64,000 nucleotides of DNA from the human T2T-CHM13v2.0 reference genome, Homo sapiens, in the NCBI RefSeq assembly GCF_009914755.1, contig NC_060925.1; one strand, written 5' to 3'. The notes beneath the pieces were generated by a model that saw only the letters and a program-made list of their open reading frames with translations, searched no databases and was not told the DNA's origin. Positions 58,841 to 64,000 of this stretch are shown in pieces. Position 1 is the first letter of the stretch, and each line of letters opens with the position of its first letter. A program made the translations under genes and the position numbers.

Positions 58841-61112
58841 TGCTGGTATTAGAGGGTATATGCCCAGTGGGAAGCTGGATTGCCACAAGAGAAGGGGAGA
58901 CGGGACCCTGGGACAGACCTCCCTTCTTGAACATTTGGGGGTGGGTGGGCCACATCAGGTTTGTGAGCATCTGCTGGTGGGCTTAGGCTCTGTTACCACA
59001 CCCTCCCAGCGGGATGGCCCTAGCCAGGAGAGGCTGTGCAAGCCCAAGCCTCCACGCCATCTGCTAGTCCTCCCTCTAAGACCAAGTCCTGGATAATCTG
59101 GACGTTCCCACAATGTCATGCCTGAGCCCCACACCACCACGCAGGCCTGGCATCTCCCACTACAGTGGGACGTGGTATCTTAGTTGCTCCAGTCTGCGGA
59201 CCCCCAGAAGCTAAACCCATCTCGCACTCCTGGCGCTTGATCAGTCACTTTTAGAAAACCCCTGCCTTGGTTTCCCCAGCCACCTGGGGAGGCCACGACG
59301 GTGATGAGCTGAGCCTGGCACTGCTGACACCACAGCCCCCCTCCCTCCTCTGTCCTGCATCTTCCGAGCTCTGAGGCAGGTTGGCAGGGGGGCCAGTCGC
59401 TGGTGGGCCCAGCCCTGTACACAGCAGGACACACCCAGAGCAGGCGGTGCTGGAGCAGGCTGGCGGGATGGGACTCCATGTCTCACCTCCATCCGTTTCC
59501 ACAACCTCAGCCAAAACTCTCGGCTGCTCATGGGAGTGCATAGTGGGGTGAGGGGCCAGCTGCTCAGAGACTCCCTCAGAATAGGGCAGTGGCACTCTCC
59601 TTCCTCTAGGAAGGGAGGAAGCCCTGAGGCGAGAATAACAGGAAACCACCTTCCCCCAACCCCCCCACAGTACCTGGGAAGCAGGGGCTGCGACCCCTAC
59701 GCCCAGGCATTTTCCAGTTCTCACTCCCCTGGCCCCTGCTTCAGCCTGGTCCCTGAAGCCAGGACAGGGGCGGGGTTTCCTCCCCCAGGTGCCAGGCCCC
59801 AGTCCCCTGCCTGCTGATAAGGAGAACAGCAGCCAGGGTGGCTGGTGTAGAGTCCAGGAAGGCTTCTTGGAGGTGGCCTGGAGTTACGGCCTCACATGGC
59901 TCAGGCACTGGAATGTGGCCCCCAGGACTCTGGAGCTGAAAGCTCTGTTTCCTTTGAGTCCATTCGAACTGAAGTGGCCCCTGGTGTTGGTGGTGGCTTC
60001 TTTGGGGTGGGGGGGCCTAGGCAGGACAGATTCGGAGCCAGTGGGCCCGGCCCGGGGCACCAGGTTGCCGCACGCCTTTCCTGCTGCCTGTGCAGGGGTG
60101 GAAGCAAATTCCTCCTCTGGCTGAGGACCAGGCTGACGTGAGCCCAGAGGAACTCGACCCCCGCCCGTGGGTGTTGTCTGCGCCACTCCCTGCCCCGGGT
60201 TTCATCCTGCCTGCCTTCCGCTCTGTCCGCATGGGACTGCCCGGGGGGTACCGGGTCACCCTCAGGAACGCCAGGCTCTGGCAGAGGAAGGGGTGGCGGC
60301 TGCAGCCAGTGGCTAGGGAGCGCATTCTAGGCCTGGCCTATCTCAGTCAGGAAGCTGGCGTCTGGCGGGGGACTGAGGCCCAGGGACCTTGGGGGACCCA
60401 GCTGATTTGCTCCAGGCTCCTCACCATGCCCGGAGCCTCGCCTGGTTGGGTAGGCAGGGTCCGGGGCCTCACAGGGCTTGGGGCAGGTGGGGATGCTGTG
60501 AGGAGGGTCCAGAAGGGCAAGCGGGAGCTCCAGGGATGAGGAAGCTGCAGTGAAGAGAGTGGGCTAACGGCAGGGCCTCCATGGCCACATCCAGGGCCTG
60601 CGGGAATTCGCTGACTGCCCAATGTCACCTGAGCCCCTAAGGCATGCCGGCTGCTGGCCCAGGCCCTCAGGACACGGCAGGGAGCTATGGCAGAGACTTT
60701 CTGCTTGGCCAAACTCCGGCTGGGATCTGGAACTTTCTCCTAGGCCCATCTGTGCACTTGCTTGGAAAATCCAGTTTTAGTAAGAGCCCTACTGAGTCAG
60801 TTTAGCCAGAACCCCACACCCTGGATATCTCACCCTCGATGACATCCAACCAGGTCCCTCATCCTCCACCATCACCTGGTGACGTCTGATCACCCTGCCT
60901 GCCTAGAGCAAGGACCCTGTGAGGTGGGTTTAGCCAGACCCCTCAGCCCTGATGTCTCCTTAGTCATTCCCACCCACAGACCCCACGCTGCTCCTCGGCT
61001 TCTCCACCCTCTGCCCTGCTGTGTTGGGGTTGAGCTCCATCTCCCCCAAGGCCGCCAGGCAGGGCCCCACACCACATGATGCGCCTTGGTGCAGTCTTCC
61101 TCACTGATGTTA

Positions 61113-63154
<2,042 letters not shown>

Positions 63155-64000
63155 TGAGCGCGTGCTGGGAGGGCGCTCGGGGGCGGGCACCCAGGGGAGT
63201 GGCCAGGGACCGGCACCCAGGGACAGGGCGGGCGCCCGGGGCCTGCAGAGGGCGTGGGGGGTGGGCACCCGGGGAGGGCCGGGATGGGGTGGAAGCTCAA
63301 GGGTGGGTGGGCCAGCGACTGGCACTCAGGGTCAGGCACCCAGGAGATTCCACTTGGGATGGACACCCAGGGGAAGCTCACCCAGGGCCCAGCACCCGGG
63401 GGAGGGCACCCAGAGGAGGGCTTGGCTCAACACCCAGGGATGGGTCAGCGACTCATCCAGGGGAGGCCTGGGGGCCAGCCCACCATATCAGAGCAGAGGC
63501 GTCTCTAGGTGGGCACCTCCCAAGTGGGCCATCTGGTGACCCTTCTCCCTCCGCAGGGACAAGGGGTTCAGGGGCCCCGCCTGGTGGCAGAGCTGTGTTT
63601 CTGAGTGACAGCTTGTGGTGACACTCCCGAGTTCTGTTTACCTTGTGTTTCCCTGTGTCTCCCCATAGCTGGTCACATTGGCATTTGGCTCAGTCATCTG
63701 TGCTGACATCACGACTGTCAGTGATGTTCATGCCGGGTCAGGGCCTTGACTGCTTACAGCCTTGGGTTTCCCTTGCCCAGCTTCCAGGGACCTGGATCCC
63801 TGAAACCTCCGCCCGGTGGAGTGGATCTGGTTCGCGGCCGCCTGCCTGCTGTCCCTGCTATGGCGGACCCGGTTCTTGTTCTCTTCAGCTTACTCCTGTG
63901 TTTTGGTTTCAGGGGATGGACACCTTTTTAATGACTTCCTGAGCTACGTGGGGTGAATTTTTGGACTCATTGTGTCTCTGCTAGTGGCTTTACCTGATAT

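Overview
Primate genomic DNA that I recognise as the human 1q42.13 locus. The gene order is C1orf35 (5' end, minus), MRPL55 (minus), a ~29 kb AT-rich stack of nested LTR/ERV/Alu insertions, GUK1 (plus), GJC2/connexin-47 (plus), the divergent transcript IBA57-DT (minus) and IBA57 exon 1 (plus). Exon boundaries were read directly from GT-AG sites. They rebuild the expected proteins: MRPL55 128 aa, GUK1 197 aa (218 aa with the upstream coding exon) and Cx47 439 aa. The intergenic block holds a MER57-type provirus with both LTRs, a tRNA-Leu primer-binding site and a CACT target-site duplication (TSD). It also holds a decayed gag-pol-env ERV1 provirus, several solo LTRs with intact TSDs, CIAO2A and RPS28 processed pseudogenes, a U2 snRNA fragment and many Alus. 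Two hypotheses stand out. (1) The GJC2 SOX site AACAATGG is also a strong-Kozak upstream ATG. After splicing it opens a 56-codon uORF whose stop overlaps the Cx47 start (ATGA), and the disease variant c.-167A>G maps exactly onto that A. (2) A CpG-free relic of the GUK1/MRPL55 promoter motif lies at ~20.2 kb, suggesting one ancestral head-to-head promoter was split apart by retroviral insertions. Repeat family names were recalled by eye and need RepeatMasker/Dfam confirmation. No CRISPR, rRNA or functional tRNA gene is present.
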